Positions 1 to 9,576 are shown, numbered from the stretch's first letter. The stretch: 32,000 bases of DNA from Promethearchaeum syntrophicum (GCF_008000775.2 NZ_CP042905.2:3690001-3722000), one strand, 5' to 3'. Notes: a model not told the origin generated them from the sequence alone. Numbers and translations are program-made.

Positions 1-201
1 TAAAGGTTCTTCAATCTCTTCATATCTAGATAAATTTTCTTCAAGAATATCCGATTCAATAAGCTTGAATACAAACTCCAGTGAATTACGATCTAAAAAA
101 GAGCAAAAAACCAGCATTACTATTGACTCGTATTCATTAGCCCTTTTTAATTCGTGTTCCTCATACCATTCTTCTAGAAGCATAATCTTATATTTTACCA
201 T
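1..201 (-). CDS. Partial hypothetical protein running off the left edge (N-terminal 67 codons)
   Basis: Reverse strand is open from ATG at 201 to the window edge: MVKYKIMLLEEWYEEHELKRANEYESIVMLVFCSFLDRNSLEFVFKLIESDILEENLSRYEEIEEPL. It looks more protein-like than the Ser-rich antisense ORF 65..259. Confidence 0.45.
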   Translation of the reverse strand, partial: MVKYKIMLLEEWYEEHELKRANEYESIVMLVFCSFLDRNSLEFVFKLIESDILEENLSRYEEIEEPL

Positions 202-553
202 CAAATCAACACCATCTTCGATATTTAACCTTTTTTTTTCATATCCAACACCTTTATGATTTACTCATTTTCTAGATTTTTGTCGGTGATTATGGAGGAG
301 GTTTTCAATTTCGTTCCCCATAAAAATTTAAATAATGAAAATTTTGAATAATAAATAAAATTCCGACAATAATTGTATTAATAATCTAACCAATATCTGT
401 TGGAGTTTGAGATTTTATATGAATAATCACATTATTTGATCGTACTGTATTATCAAGCATAATTATCTTTAATTTGAGATAATAAAAATTACGAAAAAAA
501 CTCTTGGACAACATAATTCCAAAAGAATAAACTTGGGATCCAGGATAAAGTTC

Positions 554-1282
554 TTACTCTAATTCATCTAAAATCGATTTGATATTTTCATGAATACTCG
601 GATTTGTATATATCAAATTCATCCACAGAACCGATTCAAGAATTCTGTTTAACTCCAAGTAATCTATATCCTTAATTCTTTCCAATTTTTGAATTGGAAT
701 AACACGTAGCATCTCCAGTAATGCACTTTCTTTCTTTATTATGAGATCAGACATTTTCTTAAAAAAAGGTGGAAAATCGATATCCTTACCTAGTAAAATC
801 TCAAGAAAACAACTCATTCCTGTGCAATATTGTTGAAGAATTCCATGAACATCAGAATCCATTCGATTTTCTTCAGAAATGAATTTTTGATTCAAATAAA
901 ACTTAGAAGAACGTATATATAAATTATAACTCGAGAGTTTCTGGTCAGGTTGCACAATAACCCTTTTACCTGCAAGATGAATTAAATTCTTTTTTGTGAG
1001 AAAATTTAAATAACGATATATTGTTTTTTTTGATTTCGAAATTGTGGAATTAGAGAAGATTTCAAGTATTTCTTCAACAGTTTTAGGGGAATTACGAAGA
1101 AAGGTAAAAATTTTTGAATAATGTTCATCCAAAAGGATATTTAATTCATCTTTGCTTAAGATTTGAACTGCTTTTTGCTTATAAGTTAGAACATCCTTAG
1201 TTGACTCCATAAAAAAACTTAAATGATCAATCAATTTATTTATTCTTATTATGCAAGAATCATTCTCAAAAAATGAGAACAC
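554..1282 (-). CDS. Winged-helix/HTH transcriptional regulator-like protein; true start may be the internal Met near 1210
   Basis: 242-aa ORF; segment IFTFLRNSPKTVEEILEIFSNSTISKSKKTIYRYLNFLTKKNLIHLAGKRVIV resembles a winged helix. Confidence 0.55.
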   Translation of the reverse strand: MFSFFENDSCIIRINKLIDHLSFFMESTKDVLTYKQKAVQILSKDELNILLDEHYSKIFTFLRNSPKTVEEILEIFSNSTISKSKKTIYRYLNFLTKKNLIHLAGKRVIVQPDQKLSSYNLYIRSSKFYLNQKFISEENRMDSDVHGILQQYCTGMSCFLEILLGKDIDFPPFFKKMSDLIIKKESALLEMLRVIPIQKLERIKDIDYLELNRILESVLWMNLIYTNPSIHENIKSILDELE

Positions 1283-2546
1283 ATCAAAAAAGAATTCTCC
1301 TTACTGGACACCTCAAAAACGATCAGATTTACTCGTTTTAATAAGGAACTTGATTAATCAAAAATATATTATTCCAGAGATCGCTAAAAAATTAGATGAA
1401 TATTTATCTTCCGCTGAAAATCTACGTCAATTTATAGAAATTCCAGACCCGATACTCTTTGCTCAAACTCTTACAGAAAAACTTCAAAGGGAGTCAAAAG
1501 ATTTTCATTTCTGGATAGAATATTCATCAACACCCAAAATTTCTTCCGGAGAACATAAAGATGAGAAAATTGAGACAGAAATTGAAAAGGATTTGTATTT
1601 TAACCTTCAAAAATATCGAAACGGAAATTTAATCGAAGTAAAACGATTACCCGGCAATATTGGCTATTTCCGTTTGGATGAATTTCCAGAAGTCGAATTG
1701 TTTGGTGAAACTTTTCTTGCTGGGATGCGTTTTCTAGAAAATACAGATGCGATAATTTTTGATGTAAGATATAACGGAGGCGGCAACGCTGATTTCGTAC
1801 AAATTATGGTGAGTTATTTCTTTGAGGGTGATCCAAAATTACTCTACCATTTTGAAGATACCGAAAGCACAGAAATAGTGCAGATGTGGACTTTACCTCT
1901 TGTTGGTGTAAAAAAGCAACCTAAAAAGATAATTTCAATTCTAACCAGTGGGAGGTCGGCATCAGGTGCTGAAGATTTTGCTTATACCATGCAATCTCAG
2001 AATCGGGCAAAAATTGTAGGAGAACCCACTCGGGGAGCCGCTAATAATCCAAAATTATTCTTCTTGGATGATCATTTCTCAATTGAACTTCCTATTGGTC
2101 GACCTGTGAATGCGGTGACCAATACAAATTGGGAACAAAAAGGTGTGATCCCAGATCTAAAAGTGTCTCAGGAAAAGGCATTAGAATCAGCCCACCTTGA
2201 TTTAATAAACCAAATGAAAGAAAAAATTGAAAATCCTGCTGTTAAAAAACTACTGGAATTTGAAATGGGATATGTCCATGCGTACTATTCTGCACAAGAG
2301 ATTTCCAAGGAATTAGCGAGTACATTAACAGGAGATTATGGTCCTTCTTCGGTTAGATATCAAGAAGGACAATTATATTTTACCCGAAAAAATCTGATTT
2401 TTCCGCTAAAAACTGTCGATTTCCTCAATTATTATTGTAATGAACAGCAAAGGATTCAATTTAAGACAGACACTGAAGGAAATTATTTACTATTGGAAAT
2501 CAGAGATTATGAAAATCCTCTAAAATTAAAAAAAAAAATCCCATGA
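1251..2546 (+). CDS. S41-family (C-terminal processing / IRBP-like) serine peptidase
   Basis: NTDAIIFDVRYNGGG, ISILTSGRSASGAEDFAYTMQ and IVGEPTRGAANNPKLFFLDDHFSIELPIGRPVNAVTNTNWEQKGVIPDLKV match the conserved S41 core, including the catalytic Ser motif TSGRSASGAEDFA. Confidence 0.85.
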   Translation: MQESFSKNENTSKKNSPYWTPQKRSDLLVLIRNLINQKYIIPEIAKKLDEYLSSAENLRQFIEIPDPILFAQTLTEKLQRESKDFHFWIEYSSTPKISSGEHKDEKIETEIEKDLYFNLQKYRNGNLIEVKRLPGNIGYFRLDEFPEVELFGETFLAGMRFLENTDAIIFDVRYNGGGNADFVQIMVSYFFEGDPKLLYHFEDTESTEIVQMWTLPLVGVKKQPKKIISILTSGRSASGAEDFAYTMQSQNRAKIVGEPTRGAANNPKLFFLDDHFSIELPIGRPVNAVTNTNWEQKGVIPDLKVSQEKALESAHLDLINQMKEKIENPAVKKLLEFEMGYVHAYYSAQEISKELASTLTGDYGPSSVRYQEGQLYFTRKNLIFPLKTVDFLNYYCNEQQRIQFKTDTEGNYLLLEIRDYENPLKLKKKIP

Positions 2547-2575
2547 AAAAATATGGAATAGAATAATGAAGCATT

Positions 2576-4231
2576 TCATGATAGGCAATTTCCACATTTA
2601 CCACAAAATTTGTTGGTTACATTTGTTATTCTGGTTCCACATTGATTACAGAATTTTGTTGGAATATTGTAAGATGTCTCAACTAAGTTAACATTATAAT
2701 TTTCGCCTTCTTTTTGTACTGCGTAATACAAGATAGAATCATTTTGAGTAAATTTCACAGAATTTTTACCATTGTTAAATATCCTGGTGAATATAGGTCC
2801 TTCCATATCATCTATTAAAACGCAATTATATAATTTGGCACCTACTTTCTTATTTACAACAAAAACTACATGTTTACTATCCTCACTATAGAATATATCG
2901 TTATATGAACCCATATAACTGCTGTTTTTCTTTCCATCAACTACAATATAAATCACATTACCTAATTTACCTGCATATGCATAATGATTACTATCTGGAC
3001 TAAACACAACAGATGAAACAAAACCATCATAAGGTCCATCAAATTTCCCATCAATGCACATATACTGTTTTCCTCCTCTTACAACAAAATAAGCTAATCT
3101 TTTCCCATCGGGGCTAAATACCGGAGCATCTCCTCCAATTCCATCAAACCATCCATGTTCTTCATCATCTACCATAAGTTTCCATTGATTTTTTAAATTA
3201 TTACCAGCATAACCCATATGTTTACCATCATTACTAAATTTAAGACCTTGTTTTCCAATTAAATAAAATTGTTTTTCAAAGTATTTTTCTTGATAATAAA
3301 TTGCAGAATTTTGCTCATTAAATCTTACGCTATAAGCTAAATCTTGTGTTATTGGATTAAAGGTTAAACTACCACAAGAAAAATATGCTTCCGATTCAAT
3401 ATCATCATGAACTACAAAATATTGTTTTCCTCTTCTACCAATAAAAGCATAATGTTGGCTATCAGGGCTGAATAAAAACATTGAAAGCCCATCAAATTCG
3501 GGACTCTCTTTACCATCAATAACCCATACTTGTCTTTTATTAGCATAGGGATCTGCATTCCATAATTGATTTACGATTTGATTTGTATCTCCTGATATTT
3601 TATCATGAGATTTTTGTTTAATATCTCCTTTAATAGCAGGATATGCAAATCTTTTCGAATTTGGGCTAAAAATAGGAGGTTTAAGTATATGAATATAATC
3701 TTGCTGTTCTACGCCATCAATTACTACAAACATTTTAAGATTATGTGTGTGTTTTTCAATCCCATGTTGAGTAATTGTTACTAAACTTGTCAATCCTCCT
3801 CCAAACTGAGCATTTTCATGTTCTTTTTCAGCAACAAATGCAAATTTTTTATTGTCCGGACTAAAAACAGCATTTGTGTGAATATTTTCATAAGGACCAT
3901 AGTTTTTTTCATCAATTTGAATGAAAGATTGTTTTACTCCAAACTCAATTGTACCATCCTTCCCAATAATCGGAAATGTATGATAAATATAAGAGAAATG
4001 TTCCCCATCAGTACTAAATTCAGGAACAGCTTTTAAAAAATCATGCTGTCTAATCTTTTTATTGTTTATCATGAGCCAACATAGTTTTTCATTATTAGGT
4101 GTTTTTATTATTGTATCAGGAAACTCAAAATGAATAACTTTTTCAAATTTTGGGCTGAATGCAATTGATTCTAACATATTACATGTTGCTACTTTACCTC
4201 CAATATTAATTTCTTTTTTAACATCAGACAA
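2576..4231 (-). CDS. TolB/WD40-like beta-propeller protein with C-terminal double-Cys zinc ribbon
   Basis: Many repeats of the form FSPDxKxxAYxxxxGxKxxxxIDGxxxxxYD; C-terminus CNQCGTRITNVTNKFCGKCGNC. Confidence 0.75.
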   Translation of the reverse strand: MSDVKKEINIGGKVATCNMLESIAFSPKFEKVIHFEFPDTIIKTPNNEKLCWLMINNKKIRQHDFLKAVPEFSTDGEHFSYIYHTFPIIGKDGTIEFGVKQSFIQIDEKNYGPYENIHTNAVFSPDNKKFAFVAEKEHENAQFGGGLTSLVTITQHGIEKHTHNLKMFVVIDGVEQQDYIHILKPPIFSPNSKRFAYPAIKGDIKQKSHDKISGDTNQIVNQLWNADPYANKRQVWVIDGKESPEFDGLSMFLFSPDSQHYAFIGRRGKQYFVVHDDIESEAYFSCGSLTFNPITQDLAYSVRFNEQNSAIYYQEKYFEKQFYLIGKQGLKFSNDGKHMGYAGNNLKNQWKLMVDDEEHGWFDGIGGDAPVFSPDGKRLAYFVVRGGKQYMCIDGKFDGPYDGFVSSVVFSPDSNHYAYAGKLGNVIYIVVDGKKNSSYMGSYNDIFYSEDSKHVVFVVNKKVGAKLYNCVLIDDMEGPIFTRIFNNGKNSVKFTQNDSILYYAVQKEGENYNVNLVETSYNIPTKFCNQCGTRITNVTNKFCGKCGNCLS

Positions 4232-4499
4232 AGCATATTGAATTATTTTATTAGATTTGGTTGGTAATGGAATTTTTAATCACCTATTATAAGAAAGTTT
4301 TTTCGGTTTTCTTCTTTATAACAAAAATGGGTTATTTAAAAAGCTTCTTTATTTCAATATTGAAAGAGAATCTAAAGAGAAAAATAGGTTTTCATAACTG
4401 AAAATTCCAGTACAGAATTCAAATTATAAGATTTGAAGAATTTTAGGTTTATAGTGTAATAAAAACTAAACTAAAAAAAGGGAAAAAAAAGTTTTAACT

Positions 4500-5309
4500 C
4501 TATACAGGAATATCCCGTTTTGTGAAATAAACTACTGCAATTGTGCTTAAAACCACGGAGTATGCAAACAATATCAATATATTCCCAAGAGCGCCTGTGA
4601 ATACTCCATCAACTAAGATAGTTCTTGTATCGAAAAAAGTAAAGAAACTCATATATTCTATATTTTCAATTGGAATACTTCCACTATATGCGGAGATAAA
4701 CCATAGTCCCATCACAATTGCAAATCCCACAATTGTAGCTTTCTTTCTTCCCAATGTTGTCGAAATTAGTAATACTGTACTTTCTATGGCTAATAATAGT
4801 ATCGCTAAGCAAACGAAAGATAAAATAAAACCACCTATATGAACCTCATTAGCATTAACATTTGGATTCACGAAGATTGCAATTATTGTAAATAATGCCG
4901 AAAACAATATCGCGGAAAAAATGGTTATTATATGTTGAAGCTGCTTTCCAAATACGAATTCCCAGCGTTTAATTGGTTTAGAAAGAACTAAATCGATTGT
5001 TTTATTTTCCATCTCCCCTGGAATATCTTGAGATACCATTAATATGATATATAGACCATACCACATCCATGCGAATTCGAAAATATACATGTTGAAGAAA
5101 CCTTCGAAAATTGATAAATCTACAATTCCCCCTATCAGATCTAAGAATTCTGGAGGCACGCTGGACATTATATCATTATATTCAGAGAATAAAGTTGGTT
5201 CAAAAATTGAACTCATTATTAGAATAAAGCCTCCAACCAGTCCAGAAAATATTAAGATAGATTTATAATGACGTTTAAGTTCAAATTTTAGAACACTAAA
5301 GATTTCCAT
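4500..5309 (-). CDS. ABC-2 type transporter permease
   Basis: Multi-TM protein with an EMENKTIDLVLSKPIKRWEFVFGKQL motif typical of ABC-2 permeases; immediately downstream of the ATPase. Confidence 0.8.
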   Translation of the reverse strand: MEIFSVLKFELKRHYKSILIFSGLVGGFILIMSSIFEPTLFSEYNDIMSSVPPEFLDLIGGIVDLSIFEGFFNMYIFEFAWMWYGLYIILMVSQDIPGEMENKTIDLVLSKPIKRWEFVFGKQLQHIITIFSAILFSALFTIIAIFVNPNVNANEVHIGGFILSFVCLAILLLAIESTVLLISTTLGRKKATIVGFAIVMGLWFISAYSGSIPIENIEYMSFFTFFDTRTILVDGVFTGALGNILILFAYSVVLSTIAVVYFTKRDIPV

Positions 5310-5312
5310 TTT

Positions 5313-6257
5313 CTATTCTTCCTCCTTCTTTTCTTCTTCTAAATCTTGTTTGATACTATAATATCTCATAAAAATATCTTCCAATGCAGGGCTCGTTATA
5401 TTTAAATCAGAATATTTCGCATTAGATAGAATTTGAAATATGTTTGGTAAATTAGTAGTTGAACATACAAAATCTAGATGAGATTCTTTAATCATTAGAT
5501 TTTCGATTAAATCTTCTGGTATTTGGTTTACAATTACATCCGGTTCATCTGTGAATATCTCAATTCTCTTAAGAGATAATTTTTTCAGTTCTGCTATAGT
5601 TGAAACTTCAACAAGAGTTCCATCTCGGATAATCCCAACTCTATCAGCAACTTTTTCAACTTCTGGAAGTAAGTGAGATGATAAGAAAACTGTTGCGCCT
5701 GTTTCTTCCTGTCTTTCACGAAGTATTTTATAAAATTCCATTTGCATTAATGGATCTAATCCGCTTGTTGGCTCATCTAACACATAAAGGTCAACATCAG
5801 GAGCAAGCACCATAATATTACCGATTTTTTGCTTGTTTCCTTTACTCAACTCTTTAACTTTTTTATCCATATTAAAATTTAATCGTTTGGCTAACTGTTC
5901 TACTTTATCCCATTCGACATCAACGTCATAAAGTGATAAAAGATATTTCAAATTTTGACGTCCAGTCATTTCAACATATAATCCCAATTCTCCCGGAAGA
6001 TAAGCAATTTTTTTCCTGATCTGCATTGATTCATTAGATATATCTAAACCAAATACCGAACCTTCCCCCGAAGTTTTATGCAAAAATCCTAATATAGTCC
6101 GGATTGTTGTAGTTTTTCCTGCACCATTCGGTCCCAAAAATCCGAAAATTTCTCCCTTTTTGACATTTAAATTCAGATTTTCTATACCCCGATGCTTTCC
6201 ATAAAATTTTGTTAAATTTTTACATTCAATAATGCTCATTTGTTCCACCAAATTCAA
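5313..6257 (-). CDS. ABC transporter ATP-binding protein (probable start at internal Met near 6239: MSIIECKNLTKFYG)
   Basis: Walker A FGFLGPNGAGKTTTIRTI, signature ELSKGNKQKIG, Walker B DLYVLDEPTSGLDPL. Confidence 0.93.
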   Translation of the reverse strand: MNLVEQMSIIECKNLTKFYGKHRGIENLNLNVKKGEIFGFLGPNGAGKTTTIRTILGFLHKTSGEGSVFGLDISNESMQIRKKIAYLPGELGLYVEMTGRQNLKYLLSLYDVDVEWDKVEQLAKRLNFNMDKKVKELSKGNKQKIGNIMVLAPDVDLYVLDEPTSGLDPLMQMEFYKILRERQEETGATVFLSSHLLPEVEKVADRVGIIRDGTLVEVSTIAELKKLSLKRIEIFTDEPDVIVNQIPEDLIENLMIKESHLDFVCSTTNLPNIFQILSNAKYSDLNITSPALEDIFMRYYSIKQDLEEEKKEEE

Positions 6258-6283
6258 ATTTTAATATTCGTGAAAATTAAAAT
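6258..6283. promoter_or_regulatory. Candidate operator dyad 1 (ATTTTAATATTCGTGAAAATTAAAAT)
   Basis: Inverted repeat ATTTTAAT...ATTAAAAT centred on TTCGTGAA, directly upstream of the ABC ATPase ORF; matches dyad 2. Confidence 0.5.
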
Positions 6284-6319
6284 CTTCATGATCTATTGAG
6301 AAACATTGATATTTAAATC

Positions 6320-6345
6320 TTTTTAAATTTCATGAAAATTAAAAA
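6320..6345. promoter_or_regulatory. Candidate operator dyad 2 (TTTTTAAATTTCATGAAAATTAAAAA)
   Basis: Inverted repeat TTTTTAA...TTAAAAA centred on palindrome TTCATGAA; adjoins a TATA-like element (about 6349-6356) upstream of GTG at 6381. Confidence 0.5.
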
Positions 6346-6380
6346 AACATATATTTGTGTTTTACTAATAAGCTTATAAT

Positions 6381-6890
6381 GTGAGTGAAGATGTCGAGAT
6401 AATTTTTAGAGATGTAGAGAAAAAATTAATAAGAATAATTACTGAAATGAGTTATCAAAAGGGGCGATCTACAACATTTTCAACTATAACAGCATATGCA
6501 TATGTTAGAGAAAAGGTAACACAGAAGATCTTACAAAAAATAACTGGATTCTCTAGAAGCACAATCTCTAATACCTTAGCAAAATTAGTTCAAGACGAAG
6601 TCCTCGTGAAACAATATAATTCTGAGAGTCGGGAATATATTTATCAAATAAAAGGAACTTTGGCATCAATTTTGGGGGCATCAACTGCTAATTTTGATGG
6701 TTATTTTTCAAAAATTGGAGATAAATTGAATGAGGTTGAGAGTAAACTAAATCAAGAAGGAATGAAAACTAAACAAGGTTATGAGAATATTCAGGATTTT
6801 ATCTCAAAAATGAAAATATTAATGCCAGCATATGAACATGTGATGAAGAAATATCAGATCCCGAAATCTAGTGAAAAAAAAGTTGATTAA
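6381..6890 (+). CDS. HTH transcriptional regulator (GbsR/MarR-like), GTG start
   Basis: REKVTQKILQKITGFSRSTISNTLAKLVQDEVLVKQY is a winged-helix DNA-binding region; coiled C-terminal region. Confidence 0.72.
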   Translation: MSEDVEIIFRDVEKKLIRIITEMSYQKGRSTTFSTITAYAYVREKVTQKILQKITGFSRSTISNTLAKLVQDEVLVKQYNSESREYIYQIKGTLASILGASTANFDGYFSKIGDKLNEVESKLNQEGMKTKQGYENIQDFISKMKILMPAYEHVMKKYQIPKSSEKKVD

Positions 6891-6892
6891 AA

Positions 6893-7447
6893 ATGAGTCC
6901 AAATGCAAATTTCCAAGATCCAAACGGATTTGATCAAAAAATTGTTCAAATTGAGCGGGATCTTTTAGATTTTCTTATTGATGGGATGGTTAATGTCAGT
7001 GGTCGTAATCCCATTATAGCTACGACCATGGCGATTTTTTATACTCGTAAAGAGTTAACTCAACAAGATTTACAGATTTTAACCCAATATTCTGCTGGAA
7101 CGATATCAAAAACTGTTCGACAGTTAATAGATATGAAAATAATTACAAAGGAGATTATTCCAGGCACCCACAAACACATTTACAAAATGGAAAAATTACC
7201 TTATGGTTCCCCCTCCTATATTATGAATACTGGACAAATGATGAGCGGAATGACCAGTGATATTAAGAGCTTGAAAGAAACTCTTGATAAATACAAAGAA
7301 AAAATGAAAGAAATAAAAGGTTTTACTAAGGTTTATTCTATCATAGCTCAATTAAATAGAATATTAACAAGTGTTCCCCAATTTATGAAAATTCTTGAGG
7401 ATGAATTGGAAGAATATATTAGGGTTGAAGAAAGAAAAAACGAGTAA
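6893..7447 (+). CDS. HTH transcriptional regulator (GbsR/MarR-like), paralogous to the preceding gene
   Basis: RKELTQQDLQILTQYSAGTISKTVRQLIDMKIITKEI winged helix; starts 2 nt after the upstream stop codon. Confidence 0.72.
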   Translation: MSPNANFQDPNGFDQKIVQIERDLLDFLIDGMVNVSGRNPIIATTMAIFYTRKELTQQDLQILTQYSAGTISKTVRQLIDMKIITKEIIPGTHKHIYKMEKLPYGSPSYIMNTGQMMSGMTSDIKSLKETLDKYKEKMKEIKGFTKVYSIIAQLNRILTSVPQFMKILEDELEEYIRVEERKNE

Positions 7448-7487
7448 AAAATCATAAGCTTATAAACAACATAAAAAGTAAAAAAAA

Positions 7488-8186
7488 TCACCATATTTTT
7501 GGTAAGATTCGATATTTAGTCTGTTTCATATATTCTTCATACCCTTCAAGCTCTTCTGTTAAAAGTTGCTCTTCATCAGCTATTCGAAAATAAAGAAAAA
7601 CAAATATTACACTTAATGGAATTAATCCCCAATAAGATCCTAAAGCCAAAGGAGTAATTCCAAACATAATTATAACGGCTAAATACATTGGGTGTCTAAT
7701 AATTGCATATGGACCTGTGGTGATCACCTTTTGAACTCCTTTCTCGACTTTTACATTGTGAGCCGCATAACTATTTTCTCGCATTACCCAAAAGAAGAAC
7801 AAATACCCGAATGCAAATATTAAATCAGCCAAAATTACACCCCACACGGGAACATGTGACCATTCATATCTTTTATCAAATCCCGGAATTAAAAATATAC
7901 TCAAAAACAGAAGATTAGCTATGCTAATAACCCATTTTTGTTTCTTACGCTTCTCTTTCTTTTCTAAACGTCGTTTTAATAGTCCAGGATCATTTCGAAC
8001 CATATATATTAGGAAAACAATCATCATGCTTACAAATGTTCCAATATAAAGCCATGCTTCCCAATAATTAAAAGTCCATGCTGGGAGGAAAAAACACATT
8101 CCCAATAGGAGAAATAAAAATGAAAATTGACCAATTGCTTTAAACACGAGATTTTTTATATCTATTTCTTCGGTCATCTGAATCAA
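7488..8186 (-). CDS. Isoprenylcysteine carboxyl methyltransferase / PEMT-like membrane methyltransferase
   Basis: VQKVITTGPYAIIRHPMYLAVIIMF... YFRIADEEQLLTEELEGYEEYMKQTKYRILP matches the C-terminal region of the family. Confidence 0.82.
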   Translation of the reverse strand: MIQMTEEIDIKNLVFKAIGQFSFLFLLLGMCFFLPAWTFNYWEAWLYIGTFVSMMIVFLIYMVRNDPGLLKRRLEKKEKRKKQKWVISIANLLFLSIFLIPGFDKRYEWSHVPVWGVILADLIFAFGYLFFFWVMRENSYAAHNVKVEKGVQKVITTGPYAIIRHPMYLAVIIMFGITPLALGSYWGLIPLSVIFVFLYFRIADEEQLLTEELEGYEEYMKQTKYRILPKIW

Positions 8187-8235
8187 TTCATAATAAGATA
8201 AGGAATTTTAAAAGAATTACCTAGGAAGGAATTTC

Positions 8236-9576
8236 TCAGTTATTCGAAAAAATAATAATTTCTGCTTCTAATTTTTTCTCGAGTTCTAACATTCCTGGTC
8301 CATAAATACGTTCTTTGATATATAAATTGGGTTTTTTCTTAAACCGAAGGAGAACGGTAATTATGTTGATCCACCATTCAATGCTCAAGATGAAATGGAG
8401 TTTTTCCCATAATTTTAGAAGAATCATCCATACACACAACATTATTCCAATAAACAAATATATTTGGGCAGTAGTCCAAGCAAGTCTGGGACTAGCTCCG
8501 GTAAAATCAAGGGGAGATCCCATTAACTGTTCTAAAACCCAAAATACTTGATCTGCGAACCACCGACAAATCGTATAAAGAGTTAATGATACGATTCCAA
8601 ATCTCCTTAACCAAATTGTGCGTTTACCCGCTTTAACTCGACGTTCTGGAGAACCCATGTCCAAGTTCAGGATAAACCATGAAAAAACTAATCCTTCCAT
8701 CCCAAGATTTAAAACTTGAACTATAGTAGGTGTATCTATGTTTGCATAATTTAAGAAAAAGGTCCAATCAACAATTGAGGCAATTCCTACGATTAATAAA
8801 CAAAATGATAATAAATATAAAATCAAATTACGAAATTTTTTTGTACTGATGTCATTTGATACAAGATATCCCATAAATGCGCCAAGACATCCAAAAGAAA
8901 AAGTTTGGCTCACTTTGAATCTACCCCATACGAATTTAGAAATAATGAATTCTAAACCATAGGATCCTTGTGCATTTAACTCAGTAGTTAAGGATCGACC
9001 CCAGGGGATGAAAAATTGGCTCGCCACTAAATTACCAAACGCCAGAAAAATGAAAATTCCTGTAAAAACAGCGGGTCTTCGAGTTGTCTGAAATTTCATA
9101 AGAAAAAATACAATTATAGGAATAATTACACTCACTATCGCAATTGAATCGAGTGTTGTTGCATTAAAATTGATTTTAAAAGGGCCTATGTCCCGTAAAT
9201 TATAATCAGCGCTATCAACTCCAAATAAAAAATGGTACAAACGGCTCAATCCAACAAATAATAATCCCCCAATAGTCCTACCCAATATGAATTTCAAGAA
9301 AAATTTATTATCTTTAGGATCCATGGAATGAACCTTAGTTGTAATTGCCATACAAGAAAGCATGGTAAAACTTGTTCCCCAAGTTCCCATGACGATTAGT
9401 GGAATTAATGTTATCAACAAAAAAAGGTCCATTTGACTTACCACTGGGATAAATAGCGAAGGATCGGCTTGGGCTAACTGATGAGTGAATATATGTACAA
9501 TTATCATAATCACTATCCCAAAGCCCAATCCCGTATCTTTGGATACAAAGCGTTTTGGAGTCAAATTTTTATCCAT
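8236..9576 (-). CDS. Polytopic membrane protein, distantly acyltransferase-like (heparan-alpha-glucosaminide N-acetyltransferase/acyltransferase 3 style)
   Basis: Many hydrophobic helices; layout similar to ORF 13850..15127 (N-terminal TM, GRTIGGLLFVGLSRLYHF, late SLTLYTICRW segment). No confident catalytic motif. Confidence 0.4.
   Translation of the reverse strand: MDKNLTPKRFVSKDTGLGFGIVIMIIVHIFTHQLAQADPSLFIPVVSQMDLFLLITLIPLIVMGTWGTSFTMLSCMAITTKVHSMDPKDNKFFLKFILGRTIGGLLFVGLSRLYHFLFGVDSADYNLRDIGPFKINFNATTLDSIAIVSVIIPIIVFFLMKFQTTRRPAVFTGIFIFLAFGNLVASQFFIPWGRSLTTELNAQGSYGLEFIISKFVWGRFKVSQTFSFGCLGAFMGYLVSNDISTKKFRNLILYLLSFCLLIVGIASIVDWTFFLNYANIDTPTIVQVLNLGMEGLVFSWFILNLDMGSPERRVKAGKRTIWLRRFGIVSLTLYTICRWFADQVFWVLEQLMGSPLDFTGASPRLAWTTAQIYLFIGIMLCVWMILLKLWEKLHFILSIEWWINIITVLLRFKKKPNLYIKERIYGPGMLELEKKLEAEIIIFSNN

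Noticed and set aside
65-259. + strand ORF of 64 aa
   Set aside because: Ser/Phe/Ile-rich low-information product; the antisense strand is open to the window edge with a more protein-like sequence.
3818-4036. + strand 72-aa ORF
   Set aside because: Antisense shadow of the propeller gene.
4543-5268. + strand ORFs 4543..4842 and 5044..5268
   Set aside because: Antisense shadows of the ABC permease.
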